A program made the translations under genes and the position numbers. DNA of 64,000 nucleotides from the human T2T-CHM13v2.0 reference genome, Homo sapiens. The stretch lies in NCBI RefSeq assembly GCF_009914755.1, contig NC_060939.1. One strand, written 5' to 3'. Positions 13,197 through 26,285 of this stretch are shown here, piece after piece; the stretch's first letter is position 1, and each line of letters begins with the position of its first letter. Under the pieces are notes generated by a model that had not been told where the DNA came from, searched no databases, and was given only the letters and a program-made list of their open reading frames with translations.

Positions 13197-13785
13197 ATAG
13201 ATTCAGGGGATACACGTGCAGGTTTTTTGCCTGGATATATTGCATAATGGTGAAGTTTGGGTTTCTAGTATACTCATCACCCAAATAGCGAACATTGTAC
13301 CCAATAAGAAACTTTTCAACCCTCACCCCTCCCACACCCTCCCTCTTTTTGGAGTCTACAGTGTCTATTATTTCCCTCTGTATGTCTATGTGTACCCATT
13401 GTTTAGCTCCCACTTCAAATAAGAATATGCAGTATTTGATTTTCTGTTTCTGAGTTATTTCACATAGGATAATGGCCTCCAATTCCATTCATTTTGCTGC
13501 AAAAGACATGAATCATTCCTTTATATAAAGGCTGTGTAGTATTCCATGGTGTATATATCCAGTTATCTATTGATGGGCAGTTAGATTGATTCCATGACTT
13601 TGCTATTGTGAATGGTGCTGAGATAAACATACAAGTACAGGTGTCTTTTTAAAAAAATTTTTTTGCAGGAACAAGATCTTACTATGTTTCTCAGGCTGGT
13701 CTTGAATGTTTGGCCTCAAGCGATCCTCCTGGGTCAGCCTTTCCAAATGCTGGGAAAACAATTTCTTTTTCTTTGGGTAGATCAC
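13193..13785 (-). mobile_element. L1PA16/17-like 3' end with a nested FLAM/Alu monomer fragment (~13657-13756)
   Basis: tagattcaggggga..ggatatattgcataatggtga..acattgtacccaataag; Alu-like ggctggtcttgaa..ggcctcaagcgatcctcc. Confidence 0.8.
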
Positions 13786-13905
13786 TAAAATATTTTTGAT
13801 TCATTCATTTCATTTTATATTTTGTTTATTTCTACTTCTGAGTAGTGTCCCATTTTATGGATGTTCCACAGTTAACCATTCACCTATTGAAGGGTATTCA
13901 GACTG

Positions 13906-14337
13906 TGCTATAGACTAAATGTTTTTGTCTCCCCTCACACCACTCAATTCATATGCTGAGACCTAACCCTCAATGTGATGGTATTAAAAGATTGGGCCAA
14001 TGGGAGGGGATTAGGTCATGAAAATGAAGCCCTCATCTGTGGAACTATGGGATTTTTCCATTGCAGTGGTTTTTTACTTCCCCAGGTAGATGCTACTGAC
14101 AGTGGATTTATGCCTTCATAAGAGAGACCCCAGAAAGCTTCCTTGGCCCTTCTACCACAGAAGGACACAAGACAAAGATGGCCATCTATAAATCAGAAAG
14201 TGAGCCCTTACCAGACATCAGATCTGCTAGTGGCTTGGTCTTGATCTTTCCAGACTCAAGAGCTGGGAGAACCAAATTTCTGTTCTTTATAAGTCACCCA
14301 GTTTATGCCACTATAACACCATGAACAGACTAAGACA
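13906..14337 (+). mobile_element. MLT1A-like MaLR solo LTR carrying a non-LTR insert
   Basis: tgctatagactaaatg..gactaagaca termini; TSD gactg/gaatg. Confidence 0.88.
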
Positions 14338-16333
14338 GAATGTTTCCAGATGCACTTATATATAGGTTTTTGTATGATCACATTTCTTTTACATTTCTCT
14401 CTTTAGTTGTGTTGAGTCTACTTATGAACCTGTCAAAGACATACTTCATCTTGTTACCATGCTTTTACCATGCAAGTCCATTAGACTTTTCCATATACTG
14501 GGTGAAATTGCCCTTCTCTTAAAAACTTTGTGTACTTTCTAAAATAGAGCCATTAACACATTAAGGATTTTTTGTATTACCTGTCTGATATTTTCAACAT
14601 CTGGTTTATCTGTGGGTCTGGTTCTATTGATTGCTTAGTCTCTTGAAAGAAGATTTTCTTTTGAATGCTGACTTTATATGTAGAACAGTGAAGACTAAAG
14701 TCAACAGCATTTATGCCTAGAAATGAGCAAGCCTCTTCTGCTAATTATTAATGCTGGAGTTGGCATCAATGTACTCAGGATTTGAGTTGCATTTGTGTTT
14801 TGCTGATGTGGTTCCTCTGAATATCTTCTGTATACAATCAATTGCAAATTTCTCTAACATTGTCTTATATATATGATATAAGCTGGGTTACTGGAGGATT
14901 TTTATAGTCCTTTTTCTTCATCTTCTACTTTTGTTTTTCTCTGAGCTTGTGCTTAAGAGGGAGTTTTTGTCTCCATACTCTTGCTCCTTTTGCAACAGAA
15001 GACTGCCATTTCTCGTTACTCAGTGCTTCCTAGCCTAGAGGTGGTGGCAGAAGTGATTCTCTGTGTCCCAGCCCAGCCTCAGTTTTAGGCATGCCCCCCA
15101 TTCTTGGGCCTCAATAGTTGGCTCTCTCAGTGATCCTGCTACTCCTCCATGTGGTAGCTGAACTCTAACTTGGGTTTTGTGTGGGGAAGAGTTTTATGCT
15201 ACCTCCTGGCCCCCACCAGCTGTAGGAGACCATCAATAGTTTGGGCCCAGGATAGGTTTCTATCTCTTCTCCAAGGGCATAGAATCTTTTTCTTTTACCC
15301 TTTATCCAGAATTAATGGGTCTTCACCTGTTCTCTGGGAACAACAGGTCTGCTGCCCTTTGCCCACTGACTTCTAGTTTTATTCCATAGAAGAGAAGAGC
15401 ATAGTGCAGCTATGGGATTTTTCCATTGCAGTGGTTGTTTCCTTCCCCAGGTAGATGCTACTGAGAGTAGATTTCTCTGGTCTCGTGCCCTGCCCACACT
15501 CTCTTCAGTGCCCAGTGGATATCAGTGGAAAATAACCTGTAAGAGGTTGTGGACTCTTCTTGAGTCTGCAACAATCAGAGATTTTATACTCTCATGCTAA
15601 TCTACAGTGATCCCCTAGAACTTTGTTAGAAATTTTAGGTAAAATCTTCTTCACTTCCATGGTGCTCAGCATCTATTTGCACATAAACTTAAATACATGT
15701 GTGAGAAAAATATTAACCTCCAAGTATTGAAAGACAACCTTGTAGGCATCAGAACTACCCATTTCTCCATTCCATGGCTTTTATGCTCTGTAAGGAAGGC
15801 TTAGTAAATGAATGACTCTTCCAACAATACATCGAGTCCCTGCATTAAATAACCACTGAAATTTCATAGCATTTTTATTTCATTTTATTTTATTTTTTTT
15901 GAAAACAGTGACTTTTCCCTTCTTTCTTCTTCTTAGTTCTTGAATATGTAAGTAAAGACTCACATCTTAGAGTTGGTCAAGCCAAATAAGATGATAAATT
16001 AAAGTTTATTTAACTGTTTTGGAGATTTCATTAATCTTTCTCTTTTTGAGGCTGTCATTAATTATTTTTAAATATTTGAATTAGTTGTATTTATCATAAA
16101 TTAGAACCAAGACCCATGAGAATTATGCATTCTCATGGAGGATGCAATTAAAAATGTGAAACAAAACAAAAACAACAGCTAGCACTTCTGCAAACCCAGC
16201 TTGCTTAATTTTTCAAAGTACTGTTAATAAAATCAGCATAACTGATTTGCATTTGTGAGTGGATAAATGGATATTGGAAAAATTTTTTTGTGGTTAGAGC
16301 AAAATGAAATAAGAAAGCAAAATTCCTTTACAA

Positions 16334-16338
<5 letters not shown>

Positions 16339-16389
<51 letters not shown>
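16339..16389. repeat. (TA)~25 microsatellite
   Basis: Directly visible. Confidence 0.97.
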
Positions 16390-16392
<3 letters not shown>

Positions 16393-16559
16393 CCTTAAAG
16401 CAAGTCTGTTTCAAGTTGAGCCTGGAGGTAGGTACCCTCTGAAAAAACCCAAGTATTTCCACCTGAATGAAAAACCACAAGTTTTTCATTCCTAATGCTT
16501 GACTTCTACCTAGTTTCCAGAACCTTTGCAGCTACTATTGTACCCTCTTGTCAGGGGCT

Positions 16560-17165
16560 TGTAGGATTCTTCTCTGGAATTCACAATAGCTTAGGAGGGG
16601 AGAACTAAAGATACTGACCTCAGCGTTACTCTGATAAAACAACTAAGCCAGATCATTACATAGTGAAACTCACGGTTTCACTTTTACAAAGCCCATTCTT
16701 CAAATCAATTTATAGAGCTCCACTCTTAGATACCAGTAGGAAATCAAGAATCATGGACATTCAAGGAAAGCCTTCAATGTGAAAGCTGGAGACACAAAAG
16801 AACACACTGAAAAATGCAACCTGGGGAAAAGAGAACTTAGGCTGGGAAAAGAAAACTTCAAAAAACGATCATTGGTATCCTCCAAAAGATAACATCATGC
16901 ATCCTTGAAGTAAATAATAGGTTACTATAAAAGGAGCATCAGAGAGAAAACGAGTTATTGAAAAGTAAAGAACTGATAACAGAAATGAAAAAAAAATGTT
17001 AGAAGATGAGGTGAAGAAATCTCCAATAAAATAGATGTAAAAGGCAAAGAAAAAAACGATATGATTGAAAAGAAAATTAGAGGACCCTTTCAGGAGTTCT
17101 AGAATGTGAAAAAAATGGAAAAGAGAAAAATCATTAAATCATTCAAGAAAATTTTCCTAAACTGG
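16560..17165 (+). mobile_element. HAL1 / old L1 ORF1-like fragment
   Basis: A-rich; aagaaaattagaggacc..caggagttc..attcaagaaaattttcctaaactg resembles HAL1. Confidence 0.55.
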
Positions 17166-17877
17166 AGCCTTTCTTGGTCGATTTTTGGTGCTATTTAGGA
17201 GGAGCCTGATAAATATTGCACCTTCATGGATTCCTTAGGGGATCTTCATTCAAGGGAAATTGCCAATGACAAGTTAGAGGTAGCACTCAGTCCTCTTATT
17301 CATTGGAGAGTTTGACACACACAAAGCTGTCCTTTTGAAGCCTAAAGAACTAACATGGAAGGCGTTAGTAATTATAATTTGCTCAGAATTGAGCACAGTG
17401 TATGATCACATGCAGTGGAAATCTAGTAAATGGTCAATGACTTGTGTTATTCCATGCTAGCCCCAGATTATGCCTGACTGGAAGTAGGTCTTTAGGGGTT
17501 GTTGCTTCTGAAGGTTACTTTCTCAGACAGCAGCTTAGTTGAAAGGGATTTAGGTTTAAAATATGTCTTATGAATGGTAAAGGCATTTTTCTAAATAAAA
17601 AAAAGACTCAACGTTGCAGATAAATTTTTCTTAAATTATGAATTTAGTATACAAAAAATTTTACAAAGGTATACAAATTAAGTGACATTTAATTTGTCAA
17701 AAGGAACAAAATTATATTGAATTGGATATGCCCCAGACATTCTAGGCTACCTGCAGTTGCCTTAGATTATACATGCAAATAGATAAGATCAGTCTTCAAA
17801 GTCTCTTTTAAACACATTGAGAAAGGATCATTTATGATAGTGAGTAATAGGGAAAATGATTTCCTAGGGAAATTTGA

Positions 17878-18297
<420 letters not shown>

Positions 18298-19540
18298 AGA
18301 CCATCTTGACATGATTATATCCTAATGTATCTTCTCTTTTTTTTAACTGAATTTATATATCACTATTTATATGTCTGGATCTTTTCCCATGTTTATTTTC
18401 TGTGGTAATGATAATTTATGTTCTTGGATGTGAACTAGACTTGGAATATTGAATTCAATTTGATCCAGAGAGTCAAGCAGACCATATCTACCTTTACACA
18501 TTTGAAATTGTAGCATTTGCCATTTCACATAATTTTGTTGCTTTGAGCACTTGGAAATTTCTCATTCATACTGCATTTTGGAAGTGTGGAAAGAAATAAA
18601 ATGTTTGTATGTTTTCTTTGAGATAGGATTTATTCTATTTTCCTGTTCTACTTGTAGGCAAAACTATAGTTGGCCAGTCAGGCAAATGCTGTTGTGAATG
18701 CAGAATTAGATACCAGTTTTCTAGGAGAACTGAAACAAGAAGTATTTTATTGACATCCAGGTAGATTTCAGCTTCTTATCCTTCAAAGTCACCCAGACCT
18801 CTGGCCTGGCATTTCCTTAGAATCTCTCTGCTTCCTGCTTCTGTACTTGCTCTTTCATTTTTGGTTTATTCTCTACTTCCTTGTTGCTCAGAAATACTCC
18901 AACAATGTTTGCAGCACTGCTGAAGAGTGAAACATTCAGATTAACAGTTGGAATTTGTCCTGTTCAACACAATTATTGATTGGACAGTGTGGGAAATGAA
19001 ATGTAGTAAAGCTAGGAGAAACTACTACTTTTCCTGATAAACACAACTTGTATATTTAAAATTACTTCTAACACACGAGTCCTTCTTCTGGAATCTTTAC
19101 TGAGTGGTATTCTCTGTAAAGAGAATCTGATCATCCAATATGATTTCTTGTCCTGATTTCTGGGTTATGTAAACACATTTTGTTTGAGATGCTACTTAAC
19201 GATTCTTGTCCATGTATAATGTCTTTCTTTTCTTCATTTCTTCCCGCCTTCCTTCCTAAACAATTCTTAAGAACGAACTATGTGTGAAGAACTAATTGGC
19301 TAAAACTTTTACGCTTGAAGAACTTACAAGACAGTGTGGGAATCAGGGATGTGTGAAAATAATTATAAATAATACAAACTACTAACAATTGTGGAGATTC
19401 TTTTATCTGCTGAACACAACTAAGATCACAGAGAAACTCATTTAATCCTCAAAGTAACTCTAATATTGCTCCCATTATAATAGATGAGGAAATAGGTCCG
19501 CAGGCTTTGGGTCCTTGACTTTGGTTGAAAAAAGGAGTTT

Positions 19541-19634
19541 CTTTCTTTTTTTTCCTTTCTTTCCTTTTTTTCCTTCCTTCCTTCCTTCCTTCCTTCCTTC
19601 CTTCCTTCCTTCCTTCCTTCCTTCCTTTCTTTCT
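19541..19634. repeat. (CCTT)n polypyrimidine tract
   Basis: Directly visible. Confidence 0.95.
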
Positions 19635-20010
19635 CCAAAGCACCGGGATTTTTGCACAATGACTCAACATCTTTCTAAAGGCAGACATTTAGGTCAAAGG
19701 TAATAGGTATACTAAAAGAGGTACAGATCAAATCCCCTGGGAATGAACAGAAGGGATGTGGGTAGATGGAAAATGTGGGATCAGGAAAGATTTTGTAGAA
19801 TACATGCAGATTAAATTGAGCTTTCAATGACATTAGGGTGTTGTGTGTGTGTGTGTGCATGCACGTGCATGCGTGTCTGTGAGTCTGTAAGACACCAACA
19901 AACTATGCTTCTGGCCTTGAGGAAGCTGGCCTTCTTTCTGAGTATATTCATAGCAACTTCATCTGAATCTTGTCTGAGCTCCATTCTGAGGCTACTAAAG
20001 TCTGGAGACA

Positions 20011-20338
<328 letters not shown>

Positions 20339-20347
20339 TCACACAAC

Positions 20348-21134
20348 TGGTTATTAGAAAAATACAAATCAAAACCACAATGAGATTCCATCTCATGCCA
20401 GTTAGAATGGCAATCATTAAAAAGTGAGGAAACAACAGATGCTGGAGAGGATGTGGAGAAATAGGAACGCTTTTACACTGTTGGTGGGAGTGTGAATTAG
20501 TTTAACCATTGTGGAAGATGGTGTGGCAATTCCTTAAGGATCTAGAAGTAGAAATACCATTTGACTCAGCAATCCCATTACTGGTTATATACCCAAAGGA
20601 TTATAAATCATTCTACTATAAAGACACATGCACATGTATGTTTATTGTGGCACTGTTCACAATAGCATGTATTGTTTATTGCAGCACTATTTACAATAGC
20701 AAAGACTTGGAACCAACCCAAATGCCCATCAGTGTTAGACTGGATAAAAAAAATGTGGCACATATACACCATGGAATACTATGCAGGCATTAAAAAGGAT
20801 AAGTTCATTTCCTTTGCAGGGACATGGATGATGCTGGAAACCATCATTCTTAGCAAACTAACACAAGAACAGAAAACCAAGCACTGCATGTTCTCACTCA
20901 TAAGTGGGAGTTAAACAATGAGAACACATGGACACAGGGAGGGAAACATCACACACTGGGGCCTGTTGGGGGGTGGGGGGCTAGGGGAGGGATATCATTA
21001 GAAGAAATACGTAATGTAGATGATGGGTTGATGGGTGCAGCAAACCACCATGGCACGTGTATACCTATGTAACAAACCTGCACGTTCTGCACATGTATCC
21101 CAGAACTTAAAGTATAATTTAAAAAAATAATAAT
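20348..21134 (+). mobile_element. L1PA7-like 5'-truncated element
   Basis: ORF2 C-terminus and 3' UTR ending cccagaacttaaagtataatttaaaaaaa. Confidence 0.92.
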
Positions 21135-21454
21135 AACAGGTTGCAGTAAAGGAGCTGGCCAAAACCCACCAAAACCAAGATGGCCACAAGAGTGACCTCT
21201 GATCGTCATCACTAATACACTCCCATCAGCGCCATGGCAGTTTACTAATGCCATGGCAATGTCAGGAAGTTACTCTATATCGTCGAAAAAGGGGAGGCAT
21301 GAATAATCCACCCCTTGTTTAGCATATCATCAAAAAATAACCATAAAAATGGGCAACCAGCAGCCATCCGGGTTGCTCTGTCTATGGCGTAGCCATTCTT
21401 TTATTCCTTTACGCTCTTAATAAACTTACTTTCACTTTGCAAAAAAAAAAAAAA
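21135..21454 (+). mobile_element. MER41A LTR internal fragment with poly(A) tail (L1 3' transduction)
   Basis: aacaggttgcagtaaag..aaaaggggaggcatgaataatccacccc..cttaataaacttactttcactttgc then A14; both LTR termini are absent. Confidence 0.88.
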
Positions 21455-22496
21455 TCACATAACATATTAGAAGCAGAGCCAGGACTAGAATGAGCATCAT
21501 GTTTCCATAAATATAATTTTAATTGGCATTTATTTGTATCTTTCTTGGACCCCAATTCATTATAGCCCCAAATCAGTTCAAAAAGTTGATTCAGAGATTT
21601 ATGCCCTATTATTGGGGCCACTACCAGTGATTGACTTCCTGTGTCTAAAAGTATACTCGTATGAGGGAAATCACTGTACTACAATTAACACTAAACATAG
21701 AAGCACATAATCAATATGTGACTAACATTGTCAAAGAAACTACTAGCCATCAAATATTTTAATATAAAAAACTTCAGGATATTATAAAAAGTAAAAAAAA
21801 AGATGTGGAAAAGAAGTCTTTTGAGGTAATAATACAAAATCTGAAGAGAGTAGGAGTCTTTACTTTGGGGAGTAAAAGGTTAAGACATTATCGATGTGTC
21901 AAATGCAGATTGTCATTATAATAGGAAAGACAGTCCACCTCCACTTTTAGCTCTGTGCATGCTCAATAATGTTTAAATATGCACGCTAGAGCTCAGAAGT
22001 TGGTGTTAGCAAAAATCAATTATATTCACTTTCTATATCTGAAAAATCATGAAACTTTCTGGAAAAAAAGTCCAGCTTATAGGGCTTCATAGATATTGGT
22101 TTTATTGTTTTAGTTTTGGGGGAAGACAAGGAATGTTATTTCATTCACAAAAATATCTCCCTCTTTGTTTTTATGTAATATATATATACACACACACATA
22201 TATACACACATACATTCATATCTATGTGTGTATATACAAACATATAATATTTATATGTATGTATATAGTCATATGAAGTTATTTAATTTTGTGCTATAAA
22301 CAGGAAGAAAAAGTTGATTTTGTTAATTATATTTGCTTTAATTATTTAATTAGTGTTCATTATTTTATGACTTAAAAAGTTCAGTGCAACATAAAATAAT
22401 GAATGACTTATGTGTAATGTGGAAGCTTCTGAATAACAAGAGCTTGAGTAATAGCCAGCAATATTTTTCACTGGAAGATAAGAGGACCTACTTTTA

Positions 22497-25405
22497 AGTT
22501 AATTCACCATGATCAACCATGATCAACTGTGGTTTACTCCTGGGATTCAAGGTCAGTTCAACGTGCACAAATCAATAAATGCAATTCACCACATGAACAG
22601 AATTAAAAAAATATGATCATCTCAAGAGATGCAGAGAAAGCTTTCCATAAAATGCAACATCCCTTCATAATAAAAATCCTCAACAAACTAGGCATTGAAG
22701 GAATATACCTCAAAATAATAAGAGCCATCTATGACAAACCCACAGCCAACATCCTACTGAACAAACAAAAGCTGGAAGCATTTCCATTAAGAGCTGGAAC
22801 AAGATAAAGATGTGTACTCTCACCACTCCTGTTCAACATGGTACTGGTAGCCAAGCCAGAGCAATAAAGCAAGAGAAATAAATGAAAGGCATCTTAATAG
22901 GAAAAGAGGAAGTCAAATTATCTCTCTTCACTGATGATATGACTCTATACCTAGGAAACCCTATAGACTACACCAAAAGGCTCCTGTAGTGACAAATGAC
23001 TTCAGTAGAGTTTCAGGAAATAAAATCTGTATCCTGATATCAGGATACAAATCAATGTACAAAAATCAGTAGCATTTCTATACACCAATAAAGTTCAAGC
23101 TGAGAGCCAAACCAAGAACACAATCTCATTTACAATAGCCATACACACAAAAATACGTAGCAATACACTTAATGAAGGAGGAAAAAGATCTCTATGAGGA
23201 CAACTATAAAACACTGTAAATCAAAGATGATACAATCAAATGGGAAAACATCCCATGCTCATGGATTGAAAGAATCAATATCATTAAAATGTCCATACTT
23301 CCTAAAGCAATCTACAGATTCAACGCTATTGCTATCAGATTACCAATGCCATTTTCACAGAATTAGAAAAACTATTCAAAAATACATATGGAACCAGAAA
23401 GGAGCTCAGATAACCAAGGCAATCCTAAGTCAGAAAGAACAAAGCCAGAGGCATCACATTACCCAACTTTAAACTATATTGCAAGGTTACAGTAATCAAA
23501 ACAACATGATGCTTGTACAAAAATAGACATATAGGCCAGTGGAACAGAATAGAGAATCCAGAAATAAAGCAGCACACCTACTACCAACTGATCTTTGATA
23601 AAGTCAACAAAAATAAACAGTACGGAAAGGACTGTCTATTCAATGAATAGTGCTGGGAAAACTGACTAATCATATGCAGGAGAATGAAACTCGATCCCTA
23701 CCTATCACCATATACAAAAATTAATTCAAGATGAATCAAAGACGTAAATGTAAAGACCTCAGACTATAAAAATCATAGAAGAAAACCTAGGAAATAATCT
23801 TCTGGACATTAGTCTTAGCAAAGAATTTATGACCAAATCCTCAAAAACAATTGCAACAAAAACAAAAATTGACAAGTGGGACCTAATTACATTAAAGAGC
23901 TTCTGTACAGCAAAATAAACTATCAACAGAATAAACAGACAACCTACAGAAATGGGAAAAAGTATTTATAAACTGTACATCTGACAAAAGACTAATATCC
24001 AGAATCTGTAAAGGACTTAAGCAAATCAACAAGAAAAAAACCAAACAACCCCATTAAAAAGTGAGCAAAAGACATGAATAGACACTTTTCCAAAAAGAGA
24101 ACTAAAGATAGAACTATCATTTGACCCAGCAATCCCATTACTGGGTATATACCCAAAGGAAAATAAATCATTCTACCAAAAAAAACCACATGCACTTGCA
24201 TGTTCATTGCACCCCTATTCACAATAGCAAAGTCAAGGAATCAACTTAGATGCCCGTTTATGGTGGACTGGATAAAGAAAATGTGGTACACATACTGAGA
24301 TACCATGTCACACTAGTTAGAATGGCAATCATAAAAAAGTTAGGAAACAGATGCTGGAGAGGATGTGGAGAAATAGGAATGCTTTTACACTGTTGGTGGG
24401 AGTGGGAATTAGTTTAACCATTGTGGAAGACAGTGTGGCGATTACTCAAGGATCTACAACTGGAAATACCATTTGACCCAGCAATCACATTACTGGGTAT
24501 ACACCCAAAGGATTATAAATCATTCTACTATAAAAACACATGCACTCTCATGTTTATTGCAACAGTATTTACAATAGCAAAGACTTGGAACCGACCCAAA
24601 TGCCCATCAATGATAAACTGGATAAAGAAAATGTGGCACATATACACCATGGAATACTATGCAGGCATAAAAAAGGATGAGTTCATGTCCTTTGCAGGGA
24701 CATGGATGAAGCTGGAAACCATCATTCTTAGCAAACTAACACAAGAACAGAAAACCAAACACCACATGTTCTCACTCATAAGTGGGAGTTGAACAATGAG
24801 AATACATGGACACAGGGAGGAAAACATCACACACCAGGGCCTGTCAGGGGGTGGGGGGTCAAGGGGAAGGAGAGCATTAGGACAAATACCTAATGCATGC
24901 AGGGCTTAAAACCTAGATGACGGGTTGATAGGTGCAGTAAACTACCATGGCACATGTATACCTATGTAACAAACCTGCACATTCTGCACATGTATCCCAG
25001 AACTTAAAGTTAAAAAAAAAAAAAGAAGAAAATGTGGTACATATGCAGCATGGAATACTATGCAGCCCATACAAACAGTGAAATCATGTCTTTTGCAGCA
25101 ACTTGGACGCTGCTAGAGGCCACCATCCTAAGCAAATTAATGCAGGAACAGAAAAGCAAAGAACGCATGTTTTCACTTATGAGTGGAAACTAAATCTTGG
25201 GTATATACAGATGTAAAGATGGGAACAATAGACACTGAACATTCCAAAAGGAGAGAAGGAGAAGGCCAAGGGCTTTCTATTGGATACTGCATTCACTATC
25301 TGGGTGATGAGATGAAAAGAAGCTCAAATCTCATGCAATATACCCTTGTAACAAATTTGTATATATACCCCATGAATCCAAAATAAAAATGGATATGTTT
25401 AAAAA
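22497..25405 (+). mobile_element. L1PA16-like 5'-truncated element (broken ORF2 and 3' UTR) hosting a younger L1
   Basis: ORF2-like peptides at 22613-22807; 3' end ..atataccccatgaatccaaaataaaa. Confidence 0.85.
24291..25025 (+). mobile_element. L1PA8-like 3' fragment nested in the older L1
   Basis: ggacaaatacctaatgcatgcagggcttaaaacctagatgacggg 3' UTR; 16-bp TSD aagaaaatgtggtaca at 24275-24290 and 25026-25041. Confidence 0.9.
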
Positions 25406-25439
25406 GGAAAAACAAAGAATGATCTGTTTTTCATTTATA

Positions 25440-26050
25440 ATAATACATTAAAATTTTTGTTATTGTACATTTATAGCATACACAAAATAAAATAATAGTC
25501 TAATTAATCCATTTGTCCCCATCACAAATTGTCTTCAATAATTGTCCAGTTTTTACTAATATTGTTTCATTTATCATCCTCTTCTACATTTTTATTTATG
25601 CTAGGATCTTTTAAGGAAAATGCCATATGTCATGTTATTTCACTTTAAGTACTTCACTATATATTGCTAACAGATGAGATTTTTTTTAAGTGTAGCCGCA
25701 GTATCACATTACCACATCTAAGAAAATAACTTTATCATCATCTAATACCTAGTCTGTGCTCAAATTTCTTCAATTGTTTAACAAATATCTTTTAAAAATA
25801 GTTGATTTGTTCAAAAAGAGCTCCAAACAAGGCCAAAGCAAGTATGCTTTATTGGGTTGATATTTATTTTAAACTTCTTTTAATCTATAACAGACTCTCC
25901 TTTAAAAAATGTTATTTATTTGGAAGGAATAAGGCAATTTGTTCTGTGAAATAACTTATTTATATCTAGCTAATTATTTCCTTGTCATGGTAAAATAACT
26001 TTTTTTAAATCTACTGTTTTCCACAAATGGGAGTAAAATGTAGTTGTTTG
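25440..26050 (-). mobile_element. L1ME/L1MC-like 3' UTR fragment
   Basis: Highly diverged; atcatctaatacctagtctgtgctcaaatttc motif. Confidence 0.5.
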
Positions 26051-26285
26051 ATTATATTTGAAATATAACTCATTTTAGGATTTGTTAAGGAATCTTAAAA
26101 TAACTCAGTTTAAGATTTGTTAAGAAATGCTTGCAAAGACAATTGCCAGTATGTTATAGAATTATTTAGTGCCTCAGGTGAGTGAATCCATAATTTTTAC
26201 ATTCAATAAAAATGAAGTATGTTTTACACATAGTAAAATGGACACATGTCAAATACTCAATTCTATGAGTTTTGACAGTTCTATG

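Larger units (their letters stand above)
12842..15700 (-). mobile_element. Old L1M fragments (3' UTR then 5' region), interrupted by younger elements
   Basis: gagttttgacaaatg..aatcaagatatagaa..gttttgcctgttctagaac and L1M 5'-like sequence at 14500-15700; boundaries approximate. Confidence 0.6.

Noticed and set aside
21135-21440. MER41 fragment as an interferon-gamma/STAT1 enhancer
   Set aside because: The segment carrying the tandem GAS motifs of MER41B is absent (ggggagg joins catgaataatcc directly), as in MER41A
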